Shown: positions 39,299-51,600 of the stretch, one piece after another
How positions within the stretch are numbered: the stretch's first letter is position 1
Layout of the letters: each line of letters begins with the position of its first letter
Assembly: GCA_042408215.1 (NCBI GenBank)
Contig: JAYFMW010000006.1
Span: 928,001-992,000 of the forward strand
Source: Microcoleus sp.
GTDB lineage: Bacteria; Cyanobacteriota; Cyanobacteriia; Cyanobacteriales; Microcoleaceae
DNA length: 64,000 nt
Direction of reading: 5' to 3'
Notes under the pieces: generated by a model
What the model was told of the DNA's origin: nothing
What the model saw: the letters and a program-made list of their open reading frames with translations, nothing else
The model's database searches: none
Made by a program: the position numbers and the translations under genes

Positions 39299-39439
39299 TC
39301 ACCATTAGACATCTCCCATAATTATTGTGGAACAGGCAGGATGCCTGTTCTTGACAAGCTTTTTGGGAGATGTCTATTACTATTTGTTTCAACGGCAAGC
39401 AACGGAACAAGACTTGGCTCAAAAAATCAGCACAACTAG

Positions 39440-40429
39440 ATGTCAACACATTTGTTAAAAAGTATGACAGCCAAACTGGAATTAGCACAGCAACCGTTGC
39501 CCAGAACACCAACTTGGATCGCAACTGCTTCATTATTTGCCAGCCTAATCCCCCTATCTTTAGCACCAATCCTGGTCAAATTGTGCGAACGAGAAATAGG
39601 TTCAAATGCCGTAGCATTCCATCGTGGCTGGATCGCTACCATCATCTTTGGGTTGTTGAGCGGACTTGAGGCTTTGGAGCGCCAAAAATCTGATAACCAA
39701 CCCGTAGAACAGAAGCCTTTTACGAGACGAGAATTCGGGCTATTGGTAGCATTGGGAACTTTCGGAGCGACCTACTTTCTCCTATGGTCTTTGTCGCTGA
39801 CTCAAACCAACGTTGCCAACGTTACGTTATTTTGTGGTTTGAACCCACTGTTTGTCGGCTTGGGGGGGTGGTTGTTATTAGGTCGGCACTATAATAGCAG
39901 ATTCATTATTGGCATGATCGTGGCACTGGGGGGAGCGATCGCTATGGGATTGGATGACGTGCAGTTCGCCACTAACCAAGTACAAGGTAATGCCCTCGCC
40001 TTGCTATCGGGGATTTGTTTTGCTGCGTATCTGATACTGCTAGAACTGCTACGAGAACGATTTACCACGGCAACCTTATTGCTGTGGCGCTGCGCCTTCA
40101 CGACTATGTTTGCGTTTCCCGTCCTCGCACTCGCCGAAGAAACATTGTTTCCCCATTCCTGGATGGGGTGGTTTTTCGTAATTTTGCAAGCCATCTTGTG
40201 CCAAGTGTTGGGTCAAGGACTTTTGGCTTACAGCCTCAGCCAACTGTCGTCAGGGTTCGTCGCCGTCACGCTGCTTTTCGAGCCAGTCCTTGCCTCAATC
40301 TTCGCTTGGGTAATTTTCTCTGAACGCTTGGGTTTCCTTGACTTGGTGGCGTTTGTCGTGATTTTATGCGGTATCTATGTAGCTCAATCGAGTCAATCTG
40401 CCGTTAAAGAAACCAGCGAGGTAGCGTAA
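39440..40429 (+). CDS. DMT/EamA family transporter (paralogue)
   Basis: SLTQTNVA, NPLFV, CQVLGQGLL, LFEPV. Confidence 0.88.
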   Translation: MSTHLLKSMTAKLELAQQPLPRTPTWIATASLFASLIPLSLAPILVKLCEREIGSNAVAFHRGWIATIIFGLLSGLEALERQKSDNQPVEQKPFTRREFGLLVALGTFGATYFLLWSLSLTQTNVANVTLFCGLNPLFVGLGGWLLLGRHYNSRFIIGMIVALGGAIAMGLDDVQFATNQVQGNALALLSGICFAAYLILLELLRERFTTATLLLWRCAFTTMFAFPVLALAEETLFPHSWMGWFFVILQAILCQVLGQGLLAYSLSQLSSGFVAVTLLFEPVLASIFAWVIFSERLGFLDLVAFVVILCGIYVAQSSQSAVKETSEVA

Positions 40430-40657
40430 TTAATGCGCGATCGCTATGATTGTCACTTCGGGGACAGTATCAAACTAGGCAACAACTAAATCTGTAACTA
40501 ATCGAGGATCAAAAGGAGTACATTAATCATCGATCGAAGATGTCGCTCTACCAGTGTTCAACTGTTGCTGGCGATCGCACTTCCACCATACAAGTCCGGT
40601 GCTACCGGACTTGATATCTGTAGTTTACTACATAATTGAAGTGCGGAATGTGGGAAT

Positions 40658-41380
40658 TCAAATATTAGTAGAACAAGAACAGATAAAATCAGATATTTGG
40701 AAATTACCAAATCCACACAGGATACAAGGCTGCCACGCCAAAAATCGATCAAAGTTAAGCGTAGGAAAAATTAGTAATGCAGCTATAAACCACATAATGC
40801 AGCCAATAATAATGTCAAGAATTCGCCACGCAGATGGACGTTGGAAAAATGGCGTTAGCCAAACAGCGCCATATGCAAGTGCGAAAAACCAGATAAAGGA
40901 AGAAAGAATTGCGCCAAGTGCGAAAAAAATGCGTTGACTCACCTTGTATTGATCAGCCAAACCACCAACCAGTACCACAGTGTCGAGATAGACCTGTGGG
41001 TTTAGGAGGCTGAGTGCCAGCGTCGTCAGAACATTGCTCCAAAGACTTGTTGGTTGAATATCCAGTTTATCTATATCTATCGCTGCTGGTGCAAAAGCAG
41101 ATTTAAATGAATACAAGCCATAAAATAAAAGAAACACCACGCCAGCCCATAGAGCTATATTAGTTAGTTCTGGAATATTCGAGCTTAGTGTACCGAACCC
41201 TATAGTACCGATAATAATTAGAGTGGCGTCACATAGGAAGCAGATGCTTGCAGTTGCGAAAACATATTCGCGTTTGAGACCTTGACGCAAAACGTAGGCG
41301 TTTTGAGTACCAATGGCGACTATTAGTCCAGCAAACAAGGTAAACCCGTTAAGGAATACAATCGGTAAAAACTCAGGCAT
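40658..41380 (-). CDS. LysE/ArgO amino acid exporter
   Basis: LIVAIGTQNAYVLRQG, LLNPQVYLDT, WFFALAYG. Confidence 0.88.
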   Translation of the reverse strand: MPEFLPIVFLNGFTLFAGLIVAIGTQNAYVLRQGLKREYVFATASICFLCDATLIIIGTIGFGTLSSNIPELTNIALWAGVVFLLFYGLYSFKSAFAPAAIDIDKLDIQPTSLWSNVLTTLALSLLNPQVYLDTVVLVGGLADQYKVSQRIFFALGAILSSFIWFFALAYGAVWLTPFFQRPSAWRILDIIIGCIMWFIAALLIFPTLNFDRFLAWQPCILCGFGNFQISDFICSCSTNI

Positions 41381-41689
41381 TTTACCGAAAAACGAACCAA
41401 AGCCCCTGGCTTTAGACATGGGGATGTAGGTGATTAGCCGCTTTAGCCGCCTTGAGTTTGATATAATCAAGAAGTGATTAAGAACAATTGTCTACGTGTT
41501 GAAGTATTCTAGTCTCGGTGAGATTCCGGCACAGTAAGTCACTACTGCCAATGGCAGCAAGCCTATACAACTGACAAGCAATATCAGAATACGGAGCGTA
41601 CCTATCTGGCTAAGTGATGAACTCTGAAAGCAAAAAACTCAAAAAGTAAGCCCAATTGCAGCACCGCCAAGTAGTTGTTTTGAGGGTCT

Positions 41690-41766
41690 AGAGGGATACT
41701 TGAATGTCCCACTGTCGCCTTTTGGTTGGCAGGAATCCCCTAGCTTCTAGCTATGGGGAGGTTCAA
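41690..41766 (+). mobile_element. Orphan IS200/IS605 (tnpB-type) right-end remnant
   Basis: GAATCCCCTAGCTTCTAGCTATGGGGAGGTTCAA parallels the right ends of the two tnpB elements; left boundary uncertain. Confidence 0.6.
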
Positions 41767-42723
41767 ACAAACTCCTTTAGCATTTGGACTTTGGACAAAA
41801 AAGATGACGTTCGTCGCGTAAATTATGATTCTGTTGGCGAATTGCGATATACCTCTGGCGTCTGCTCTTCGGGCGATCGCATCTAGCAAAATTGTCTAGA
41901 TGGTTTGGAGTCTTAAGCATTTACAGCGGAAACCGCTGTTATGAGGTACACCCACTTATCGTTCAATCCTCCTAGGGACACTCCAAGAGCCGTGTCCCTA
42001 CCGTGTTTCATAACAGCGGGAACTGCTGTATGCCTGGTCAAAGGATATTCTGAAGCGCGATCGCACTTTTTAACTCATCAATTCATGCAAGTGCAGACTC
42101 CAACCAAGCTATTACATCCTCTTGAGTCGTAAAATCTAACAAAGCTGCTCCTAAATCATCTAACTCTTCACCAGATAACTGCTGGATATTAGCTTCAATT
42201 TCCGGTGCAACCTCGCCCACACGTCGCACAATCTGACGCAGAATTAATGCTATTTGTCCTGCAAGTTTCCCCCTTTCTATCCCCTGTTCAATGCCTTGTT
42301 CAATGCCTTGTTCAATGCCTTGTTGTATCCCCTGTTCGATTCCCTGTTGCAGTCCGATTTCTATCCCTTTCATCACCGAGCCGAGCTGATCTTGGATAAA
42401 CATTTCTCGCTTGTCCAAATCTTCCGCTTCTTTGAGTGTTAAATTTTCTCGATCGGCAATTATCAGCGCGCTATTAATCTCTGGTACTGAGCTCAGTGTA
42501 GCTGGTACTGCATCCAAAATAGGACTGTTTTTCATGAAGTAAATCCACTTTTCGGCTAGAGTTTCGAGTTCGTTCAATTCTTTTTTGAACTTCGGCAACT
42601 CAACAAACACTAACTTTAACTCACAATTTGGATAGGCGAATTTTTCTTCTGTTTCTGTGAAAACAAAGTTAGAAATAAGTTTTTCTGTATTTTCAAATAA
42701 GATAAAATCGGTGATGGTTAAAG

Positions 42724-44349
42724 TTGGAGTTTAGACTAAGCACAAATTGACTCAGCATGAGCTGAGTGGAAAGAATGGTTAATCAGCGAGAGGTTCTCAA
42801 GGTTAACTTACGAATTTTGTTGATTTTTGGAACCGACCTTTGGCCTTTTTTACCACAGGATAGCGACATCTTTGAGTACGAGGTTTTCCGGTTTGCCATC
42901 CGTCTGAATTTCCTCGCCGTTTGGGAGCAACAGCCGGAGTCCCAATCGTGATTAAAAGTGGAAGCATTGATTGTACAACCCTTCCAGGCGTCAACGAGGG
43001 CAGAGACTTTTGCCAGGGGAGACGAATTTCTCTGACTAGATCTTTAGCTAACCATAATTGCCAAGTTAGTAAAGGCATCAAATCGCTCCATCGTTCGCAC
43101 TGTTCTGGTGTGCTGAGCTTCGGCACAGTCCAATGTAAAGTTTGTTTAGCTAACCGATACCAATGTTCGATGGCAAAGCGACGTAGGTACAGTTGCCAAA
43201 TTTCAGCCAGAGATGGCATTTGGATACCAATCCAAACTAACCACAAAGGTTGACTATTTAATCGACCCGTTACAGTTTCCAAACGTTCGACTAAAATCAA
43301 GGTCATTGGATGTTTGGGACTGCCTCGAAAATGCAAGTCATCCCATTTTCTTAACCGAATTTTCCCGAATCTGGGTTCAACAGATTCCAGAGTTTGTTCT
43401 GGTGTCCACCAGCTTTGAGAGTCGTTGAGCTTAAACTGTTGACCGTGAATTTTGGGTCTGCCTTTACCACTATAGGCTGGGGGTGTTGACCACAAGCAAC
43501 GATTAGAACGGACACGCATCAATTTATCGGCGGCAATGGCTGCGGTGGCTTTGACCAAAGGGGCACACCCATACTCACTATCAAATAAAGCGATCGGTCT
43601 ATTCTGAAGATATTGACATACTTGTACCAATTGTTGAGCGCCAAAACCGATCGGGTTGTCCCAACTCGTAATACGTTCGTGTCTCAAGGGAAGCGCCCAA
43701 CTGCCACTACTTTCAGGTATCCAGGCAATCGTACTATATCCCTGACCAATGCCGACAGGTATGCCGTGAGGTAAGGCCGTGGGCTGGTGTTCATAGGTGC
43801 GTTCTTTGAGGGTACGTGCATGGGGTCTTAACCACGCTGTATGATCGATCGCTAATACTGGACGTTCTACTTGTGACATCTGTTGGATGTACAGTTGCAT
43901 CAATTTTTCTCGATCGGGTCTACAATCTTGTAGTGCTTCATAGGCGCTCGACCACTGACGCCGAAATAAGGGATTGAGAGCTAAATCTCCTAAACATGAG
44001 ACGTGGCGCGTCGTCATTACCGCGTCTGCTAGTTCAAAGGTGGCGTCTTTGGCATTGCCGAGACATTCATAAGCTAGTTGACGAAATTCCCGTAATTGTT
44101 CTAACTTCATGGCAGGTAGATTTGAGATTTTTAGCTGAATTCTCAATCTTCTACCCTTACGCTGTCTGTTGAAACTATCGCAGACAGTTTTTTTAGGTTG
44201 TTGCAAGTCTCCGAGAACGTCAACGGTCGCTGGCATTTATATTATGGTTGAGTCTGATAGCTTGTCGCCAGCGACCATTGCCGTTCTTGAGAACTGTGAG
44301 CTAGTCTCACAGCGATCGCACTTTTTGACCTGCTTAGTCTAAACTCCAG
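42724..44349 (-). mobile_element. IS701-like insertion sequence
   Basis: 18-bp perfect IR TGGAGTTTAGACTAAGCA; TTAAAG target duplication (42718-42723, 44350-44355). Confidence 0.9.
42803..44110 (-). CDS. DDE transposase (IS701-like)
   Basis: LAIDHT, ALFDSEYG, YLRRFAIEHWYRLAKQTL. Confidence 0.9.
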   Translation of the reverse strand: MKLEQLREFRQLAYECLGNAKDATFELADAVMTTRHVSCLGDLALNPLFRRQWSSAYEALQDCRPDREKLMQLYIQQMSQVERPVLAIDHTAWLRPHARTLKERTYEHQPTALPHGIPVGIGQGYSTIAWIPESSGSWALPLRHERITSWDNPIGFGAQQLVQVCQYLQNRPIALFDSEYGCAPLVKATAAIAADKLMRVRSNRCLWSTPPAYSGKGRPKIHGQQFKLNDSQSWWTPEQTLESVEPRFGKIRLRKWDDLHFRGSPKHPMTLILVERLETVTGRLNSQPLWLVWIGIQMPSLAEIWQLYLRRFAIEHWYRLAKQTLHWTVPKLSTPEQCERWSDLMPLLTWQLWLAKDLVREIRLPWQKSLPSLTPGRVVQSMLPLLITIGTPAVAPKRRGNSDGWQTGKPRTQRCRYPVVKKAKGRFQKSTKFVS

Positions 44350-44928
44350 TTAAAGCAATCACTGGATTTAATTTTAAGTAGCCTTCTCCAGCTTTTAGTT
44401 GAGTTGAATAGGTTTTAGCTGCATTGTAAACTACTCTTTTTTCAAAAGTGGCTACATTGAGTACCTGCATTTCTACAATCACTGTTTTGTTGCCGGTGAT
44501 TTGAGCTTTCACATCCAGGTAAGTGTCTTTCAATCCTGTAACGCTGGCTGCTGAATAAGGGTCAATGATTTCTAGGTCTTGAATTGTGGGTTCTCCGTCA
44601 TAGAGCATTGCATTCAGGAAGCTAATCAAAATTTCGGGATGTTCGGAAGATCCGAATATCCTTTTGAATGCAAAATCTGTTTTGGGACTGATAAAACGGA
44701 TATATAGAAGGAAGAAGGAAGTTCGGCAACGGATTCTATAACGGATGTAACGGATGTAACGGATGTAACGGATGTAATGGATGTCAGTCAGAAAGAAGAA
44801 GTCGATGTGAAAATGCCATACTTGAGCGATTTTTAGGTTTGTAGTTGCGCTGAGCGCGAGTCAACGCGCAACTACAAAGCTTTTTTCAATGTGACACTTG
44901 GCCTTACTCCTGTATGTAAATGGAGCTA

Positions 44929-45294
44929 TCAGCCTGTAGCTCGATCGGCATTTGCAGCAGACATCACTAGCTTTCCAGCTATGTCCATCGTCGCCAGCTT
45001 CAGCACTTCATTAAAAGCTAAACCCCGAATTTTTAGCTCCCATCGAATGCCTTTTGCTTTCATCCGCTTGGCTTTCCGCATATCGACATCAGCAGCTTTT
45101 TGATGCAAGAGCAAATATTTCATTGCTGCTGTGGCTTCATCTTTTTTGGGATATCCAATATACGCAATAAATCCGCCGTTCCAGTGATTGGCGTTGCGGA
45201 TGCTGCTGATAGTAGCAACTCTCGGACTAAAGCGGTTCCAGTAAAAGTCGCTGTATCCGATCCACTGAGTTTTAACTTGGAGTTGGTTTGCCAT
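44929..45294 (-). CDS. Hypothetical protein
   Basis: 121-aa ORF with GGAG RBS; no family recognised. Confidence 0.6.
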   Translation of the reverse strand: MANQLQVKTQWIGYSDFYWNRFSPRVATISSIRNANHWNGGFIAYIGYPKKDEATAAMKYLLLHQKAADVDMRKAKRMKAKGIRWELKIRGLAFNEVLKLATMDIAGKLVMSAANADRATG

Positions 45295-45377
45295 TTGACT
45301 TAACTCCTATATTTTTTTGTGCGGGGTTAACAGTAGCGCTTTGGTGCTGCTATTTAAATTATAGCAAATTGTTCGAG

Positions 45378-45561
45378 AATTGGGAATGGGGAATGGGGAA
45401 TTGGGAATGGGGAATTGGGAATGGGGAATTGGGAATTGGGAATTGGTTATTGGGGAATTGGGAATTGGGAATTGGTTATTGGGAATTGGTTATTGGGAAT
45501 TGGTTATTGGGAATTCGTAATTCGTAATTGGGAATGGGGAATGGGGAATTGGGAATGGGAG
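45378..45561. repeat. Heptamer STRR-like array (TGGGAAT/GGGGAAT/TGGTTAT)
   Basis: Visible tandem repeats. Confidence 0.9.
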
Positions 45562-45619
45562 GTAGGGCCTCCGGGTATGTATTCCCAGGCTCTGACTGGG
45601 AACAAGGAATGACTAATGA

Positions 45620-48600
45620 CTAAAATCTCAATTCGTATTCGACTGTTCCGCGATTTTCTCCTTGGAAGTCGGTGGAACCACGCAACAAGATTTTGTCGCT
45701 CAAACGATACCTTACATTAAATTCAGTCGGCTGATTTGCTGACAAAATCCGAATTATTGATGCCGAAATATTGCGCGTAATGTCAACTCCAACTTCTAAA
45801 CCTAAACCGAGAGAACCCGCACCAGATGCAGAACCAGAACTAGCAGTTACCGCTTCGTTGCTTCTGATTCGAGTGGGAAATAGGCGAAATTTACTCAATC
45901 CTGTGGCATTAATAATCGCAGATTGAAGGTTGTTAAATAAACCGGCACCGGCTAAATTTGCGATCGCCAGCGTACTGTCTCCTTGTCCCAAAGTCTGCAC
46001 GAAACTGCCACCCAATAAAGCTACAATCTCTGTTTCCGATCGACTCGGAGAACTCCTCAACTCCAGACTCTGGGCTAACTGAGAAGCCTTTCCCCGAACC
46101 GAGGCTTGAATCCGTACACTCCGCACATTCCCAAAAGTTGTCGGTTCGTCTGCTATTTCGGATGCTACAGATGTTCCGGGTGTGCGAAACCGCGTTACTT
46201 CCTGTACCGAAGTTGCTAATCTCACATCCAGCGTCGGATCGAGTCTTTGTGCTGGTACAAAGGTAGCAGTTTGCGGGTACCCTCGATCGAGTCTAAACTG
46301 TGTCGTAAACAAATTCACCGAACCCGAAGTCAGGCGAATCGTACCAGCAGGGCGAATATCGTCTAGGGTGCCGTTTACTGTCAAACCCCCAGTCGCCTGA
46401 AAATCCAATATCGGTGCACTGGTGACTCGAATTCCTTTTCCCAAATTCAGCCGCAAATCATTCAAACCAATTTCAAACTGGGAAGGGATAGAAACAGGGG
46501 AAGAGGAAGGGGGAGGAGTGGAAGCAGAATCGGGAGAAGCAGGGGAAGAATCGGGAGAAGAAGCTAACTGCGTTGTTCCGCCGGCGCTGGGTAAAAATAC
46601 TTCGCCGTTATACAATTCAATATTGCCACCCAACTGCGGGCGCAAAGCTGTACCCGTTGCTTGCACGCTTCCGACTACGCCACCACGGTATAATCCTCTG
46701 AGATTGATGGCTAACTTGTCAAGATTTACGGCCAAGGGAGTAGCCGCATCGACATCGCCCTCAGCAAAAGGCACTGACAGCGGAATCACACCAGCGGCCA
46801 CAACTTGTCCTTCACTCAATTGTCCCTGAATTCCTTCTACCCGAATCCGATCGCCCTCAAAGCGCACCGCCCCAGTCAGCCCTGTCAGCGGTTCTGGGAA
46901 GGCCCTCGCCCGGACGGTTGCATTTTCAAAATTGGCAATTCCTTCAGCTAAAGGCCGTTCCAGTGTCCCTCCGACGCGAATTTGCACCTGTCCCTTGCCA
47001 CTAATCCAAGCAATTTGTGGAGTCAGCACATTAATAATTGCTAATCCTTCATTTTGCAAATTTGCCCTCAAATCAATTTGATTGTTGTCGGCTTTTACCG
47101 TGGCAAAAGGCAACTCAAAAGGCAAACTTCCGGTGACATCAATCGGTTCAGTTTGAGTTACCAAAGCGCTGCCGCCAAAATTCAGGCGGGCGTTGCTGTA
47201 ACTGAAACTGCCATCGGCTTTTTTAATCGGTTTTCTGTTTAGCGTACCGTCAAGCAAACTCAATTCCCCGGCTAGTTGCGGATTGGCTAAAGTGCCGGCC
47301 AAGTTCGCCCGCAAATTCAAATTGCCGGTGACATCCACCAAGGGCAATTCCACCAGTTTTGCTAACTCTTCGACAGGGACATTTTCTACTCGCAACTGAC
47401 CGGATTGAGCTTTTTGGTTGAGTTGTCCAGAAAAGCCGATCGCACTTTTTCCCGATCGAATTTCCAGAGGCAAAACAGTTAAAATCCCGTCCTGAAAACC
47501 GCCTTCAATGCTGAACTTTTCGGCGACATATTTGCCCCACTGCCAGTTATCGCCCTTAACGTTAAATTGAGCTTGCACTCCCGTTTGCAAAGAAGCAGCT
47601 ACGGCAATTTCCCCGCCAAAAGTGCCTTGCAATTGATTCAAGGGAGGCAAGGGTTCCGATTCTTTAATAGCCTGTTGTTGTTTTAAAATTTCTTCAATTT
47701 CTGCCAAGCGCTGCAACTGTTCGATTAACGGGGCTTCCGGCACGCCCACAGCCACTGTTTGCACGTCTGCCGCCGTACCATAAACGGGTGATTTTAAGCC
47801 TCTGGCCAAGTCGCCTAAATTGAAATATTGCAAGGCTGCTAAAACTTGTTGCAGATTTCCCTGCTGGATGTTAACTTTTCCTGCAAATTCTGGGTTAGCG
47901 CCTGCTTTAAGATTGCCAGAAATTAAGTATTGACCGATGCCTTGGCGGAATATGCCGTTGGTGAGAGTAGCGGCGCTGTTACCGTAGCTAAATTCGGCTT
48001 GGAAACTGTCACCTTTAATATAGCCGATCGCCGGTTGGGCGATCGCAATTTGTCCAGTTGCTTGCAAAGTTGCTGGATTCAAAGGCATTTTCCAACCGGG
48101 TACGTTAACTTGTCCCGAAACAGTACCAGTTATCTGCCCCAAACCGGCATCTTTACCCGGCGATAGATTCAAAGCAGCGAGGGGAAAATCGCTGACATTG
48201 ACTCGCAGAGTTTCCCCCTCAGTTTGGCCGCTAGCCACAGATTCCCCACGTTTGACTAAGAAAGATGTCGGGAGGAAAGATTGATTTAAAGCGATTTCGA
48301 TTTTGTCGCTGGCGCCGGCTAGACGCAAATCTACGCTTTTACCAGAACTTGCATTCACAGTACCCGCCAGTACGGGGTCAAAAGCTACCTGATTTACGGC
48401 TAAATCTTGCACTTCCACATCGCCAACTAAGTTAATAGTGGTCAGATTTCCCGTGAGGCGGCCGACAAAATCGACATTCCCGCGCAGGGGAAGATTATTC
48501 TCTGAAGACTTTTTGACACCAATTGGTGTCAAAAATCTGAGTTGTTCTGCCGGCAAGGCTTCCAGGTTAAAGTTGGAGAGTTTGACATTCAAATCTAGAT

Positions 48601-51600
48601 TAGAAATCGAAGGTAATCCTTTACCTGCGAGTTCGACATTTACAAAGCCATTTGCTGTCAAACCAGGAGTTGTAGCGTTCTCAACTTCCACCCGTTTGCC
48701 ATCCCAATTAAATATTGCCTCCAAAGGTTGTTTGAGAAATGGCAATTCCGAGATGCGAAAACTGCCACCGGCGCGAACATCCTGTAGGGGCGGTGCCCCC
48801 GTGCCCGCCCGTGCCCCCAGGCCCGCCCGTGCCCCCGTGCCCGCCCGTGCCCCCGTGCCCGCCCGTGCCCCCAGGCCCGCCCGTGCCCCCAGGCCCGCCC
48901 GTGCCCCCAGGCCCGCCCGTGCCCCCAGGCCCGCCCGTGCCCCCAGGCCCGTGGCGATCGGGCCAGACAAATTTAGATTACCGTTAAATAGTCCTCGGAG
49001 TAGGGGTAAATTTTGGGCCCCTGAGACTAAACCTTGGGCTTGCAAGCTTTGGCGTTGGGCTTCAAAGGCTTTCTGGAAGCGATTTATAGCAATTTGATCG
49101 CCGGCAATTGATGCCTGCCAATTCCCCGATTCGGCTTGGGCTTTGGCATTCACAGTACCTGCGCCGTTAGCAAGTCTAATTTGTCCTTCGCCGTTGGCGG
49201 TGATGCCGTTGGCGGTGAGATTTTCTACTGTTCCTAAAAGGCGGATTTTGCCGTCGAGATTGCCGTCAATTTCTGGTGGTAAATCTGCTGTCAGTAAACC
49301 GGTTTGTTTCAGGGTTTGTTCCAGATTCGCTAGGGGAATGCCGTTGGTTTCGAGGAATGTTTGCCAGTTGCCGTTTTCTAATTTGGCTGTAGTGTCGATC
49401 GCCCCAAGTCCATTGGCCAAAATCCGCCCTTCCCCACTAGCACTAATTCCCTGCGCTGTCAAGTTATCCAAACTGCCTGCCGCTTGGAATTGACCGTTAA
49501 TTCTGCCGTCAAATCCTTTCGGCAAAGTCGCGGTGATGGTAAACAGTTTGGTATCGCGAATAGTTTGTTCTAAGCGACTGAGAATAGGGCGATCGACATC
49601 AGCGAAAACTTGCCAACGTCCAGTTGCTAATTTTCCCTTAAAATCAACCGTACCGTCAGCAATATTTAATTTGCCACTGCTGTTAACGGCGATATCGGCG
49701 ATGGTTGATTTGTCAAGACTTCCCGCCGCTTGAATTTGATTGGATATTTGTCCGTCTAACGATTTGAGATTTGGGATTTTCGATTTGAGATTGTTGAGGT
49801 TGGCGACTGTTTGGGGGCTGTCAGCAGCCCAGGCCAAACCGACATCTAACAGCGGCAATCCTAAATCTACTAGACTACTGAGGTTAGTGCGATCGGTTTC
49901 GGCGATTCCTTGCCAATTTCCGGTGGCTAATTCTCCTTTAAAATTCACATTTCCTGCGCCCAGATTGAGTTGACCGCTGCCCGTCGCATTGATGCTGTTA
50001 GCGGTCAAATTGTCAAGAGTTCCCGCAGCTTTAAATTGACTTGATAGTTGTCCGTCAATGGATTTGAGATTTTGGATTTTGGATTTGAGATTGTTGAGGT
50101 TGGCAGTTGGCTGATTGTCAGTATTGAATGCTGAAGCAACATCTAACAGCGGCAATCCTAAATCTACTAGACTACTGAGGTTAGTGCGATCGGTTTCTAC
50201 GATTCCTTGCCAATTTCCGGCGGCCAATTCTCCTTTAAAATTGACCAGGCTGTCGGCAATATTGAGTTGACCATTGCCGCTAACATTGATGCCAGTCGCG
50301 GTCAAATTGTCAAGATTTCCCGCCGATTTAAATTGACTTGATAGTTGTCCGTCAATGGATTTGAGATTTTGGATTTTGGATTGGAGATTATCGAGATTAG
50401 CGACTGTTTGGGGGCTGTCAGTATTGAATGCTGAAGCAACATCTAAAAGCGGTATTCCTAAATCTACCAAGCGGCGGAGGTCAGTGCGATCGGTTTCGGC
50501 GATTCCTTGCCAATTTCCGGCGACCAATTCTCCTTTAACATTCACATTTCCTGCGCCCAGATTGAGTTGGCCGCTGCCGCTAACATTGATGCCAGTCGCG
50601 GTCAAATTGTCAAGAGTTCCAGCCGCTTTAAATTGACTTGATAGTTGTCCGTCAATGGATTTGAGATTTGGGATTTTCGCTTTGAGATTGTTGAGGTTGG
50701 CGGTTTGCTGATTGTCAGTATTGAATGCTGAAGCAACATCTAAAATCGGCAATCCCAAATCTACCAAGCGGCTGAGGTTAGTGCGATCGGTTTCTACGAT
50801 TCCTTGCCAATTTCCGGCGGCCAATTCTCCTTTAAAATTGACCAGGCTGTCGGCAATATTAAGTTGACCATTGCCGCTAACATTGATGCCACTCGCGGTC
50901 AAATTGTCAACATTTCCCGCCGCTTGAAATTGACCGGCTAGCTGTCCATCTAACGATTTGAGATTTTGGGTTTTGGATTTTAGATTGTTAAGATTGGCAG
51001 CAGTGGAATTGTGGGAATTACCAATTGCTAGAAAGGGCAATCCAAGATCGATTAAGCGATTCAGAGCAACTTTGTCAGTCTTGCCAAAAGCTTGCCAGCG
51101 TCCCGATTCTAGTTCGCCATTAACATTAACAATGCTGTCAGCAATATTCAACTTTCCTTGGCCACTAGCAGCGATCGCATTTAAACTCAAATCGTCCAGA
51201 GTTCCTGCCGCTTCGGCACTTCCGCTGAACAAACCTGCTAATTCAGGTGGTAAAGAAAGTCCTGGCACAACTTGCTGTAAACTATTGATAGCAATTCGAT
51301 CGCCCTTAATGAAAGCTTCCCACTGACGGTTATTTAACGCAGCATTCACATTCACAGAACCGTCGCCAACTTTCACAATCGTATTTGGCAAATCCGCTGA
51401 ATTGCGATCGGCACGAACTTCGCCACTAGCAGGAAAAGTCCCTTGTGGTGCTTGCCATTGAGCTCTAGCTTGAATGTTTTCTAAAGGGCCGAAAACTTGA
51501 GCCTTAGCTGAGACACTGCCAATTTTAACAGTAGCAGGAATTGGCAGAGCATAAACTTGGGCGATCGCATCTGCGGGCAAGTTTTCAGCTTGGAAGTCAA

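Larger units (their letters stand above)
42083..44701 (-). pseudogene. Rpn nuclease copy 2, start codon lost and split by IS
   Basis: ATG is ATC at 44699-44701; IS inserted at 42724. Confidence 0.9.
41871..45124. repeat. 1622-bp direct repeat, copy 2 (interrupted by IS)
   Basis: 3254 bp minus 1626-bp IS and 6-bp TSD equals 1622 bp. Confidence 0.95.

Noticed and set aside
45288..45612. W/G-rich ORFs
   Set aside because: Translations of heptamer repeats
48438..49097. Pro/Arg-rich + strand ORFs
   Set aside because: Antisense shadows of the tamB repeat
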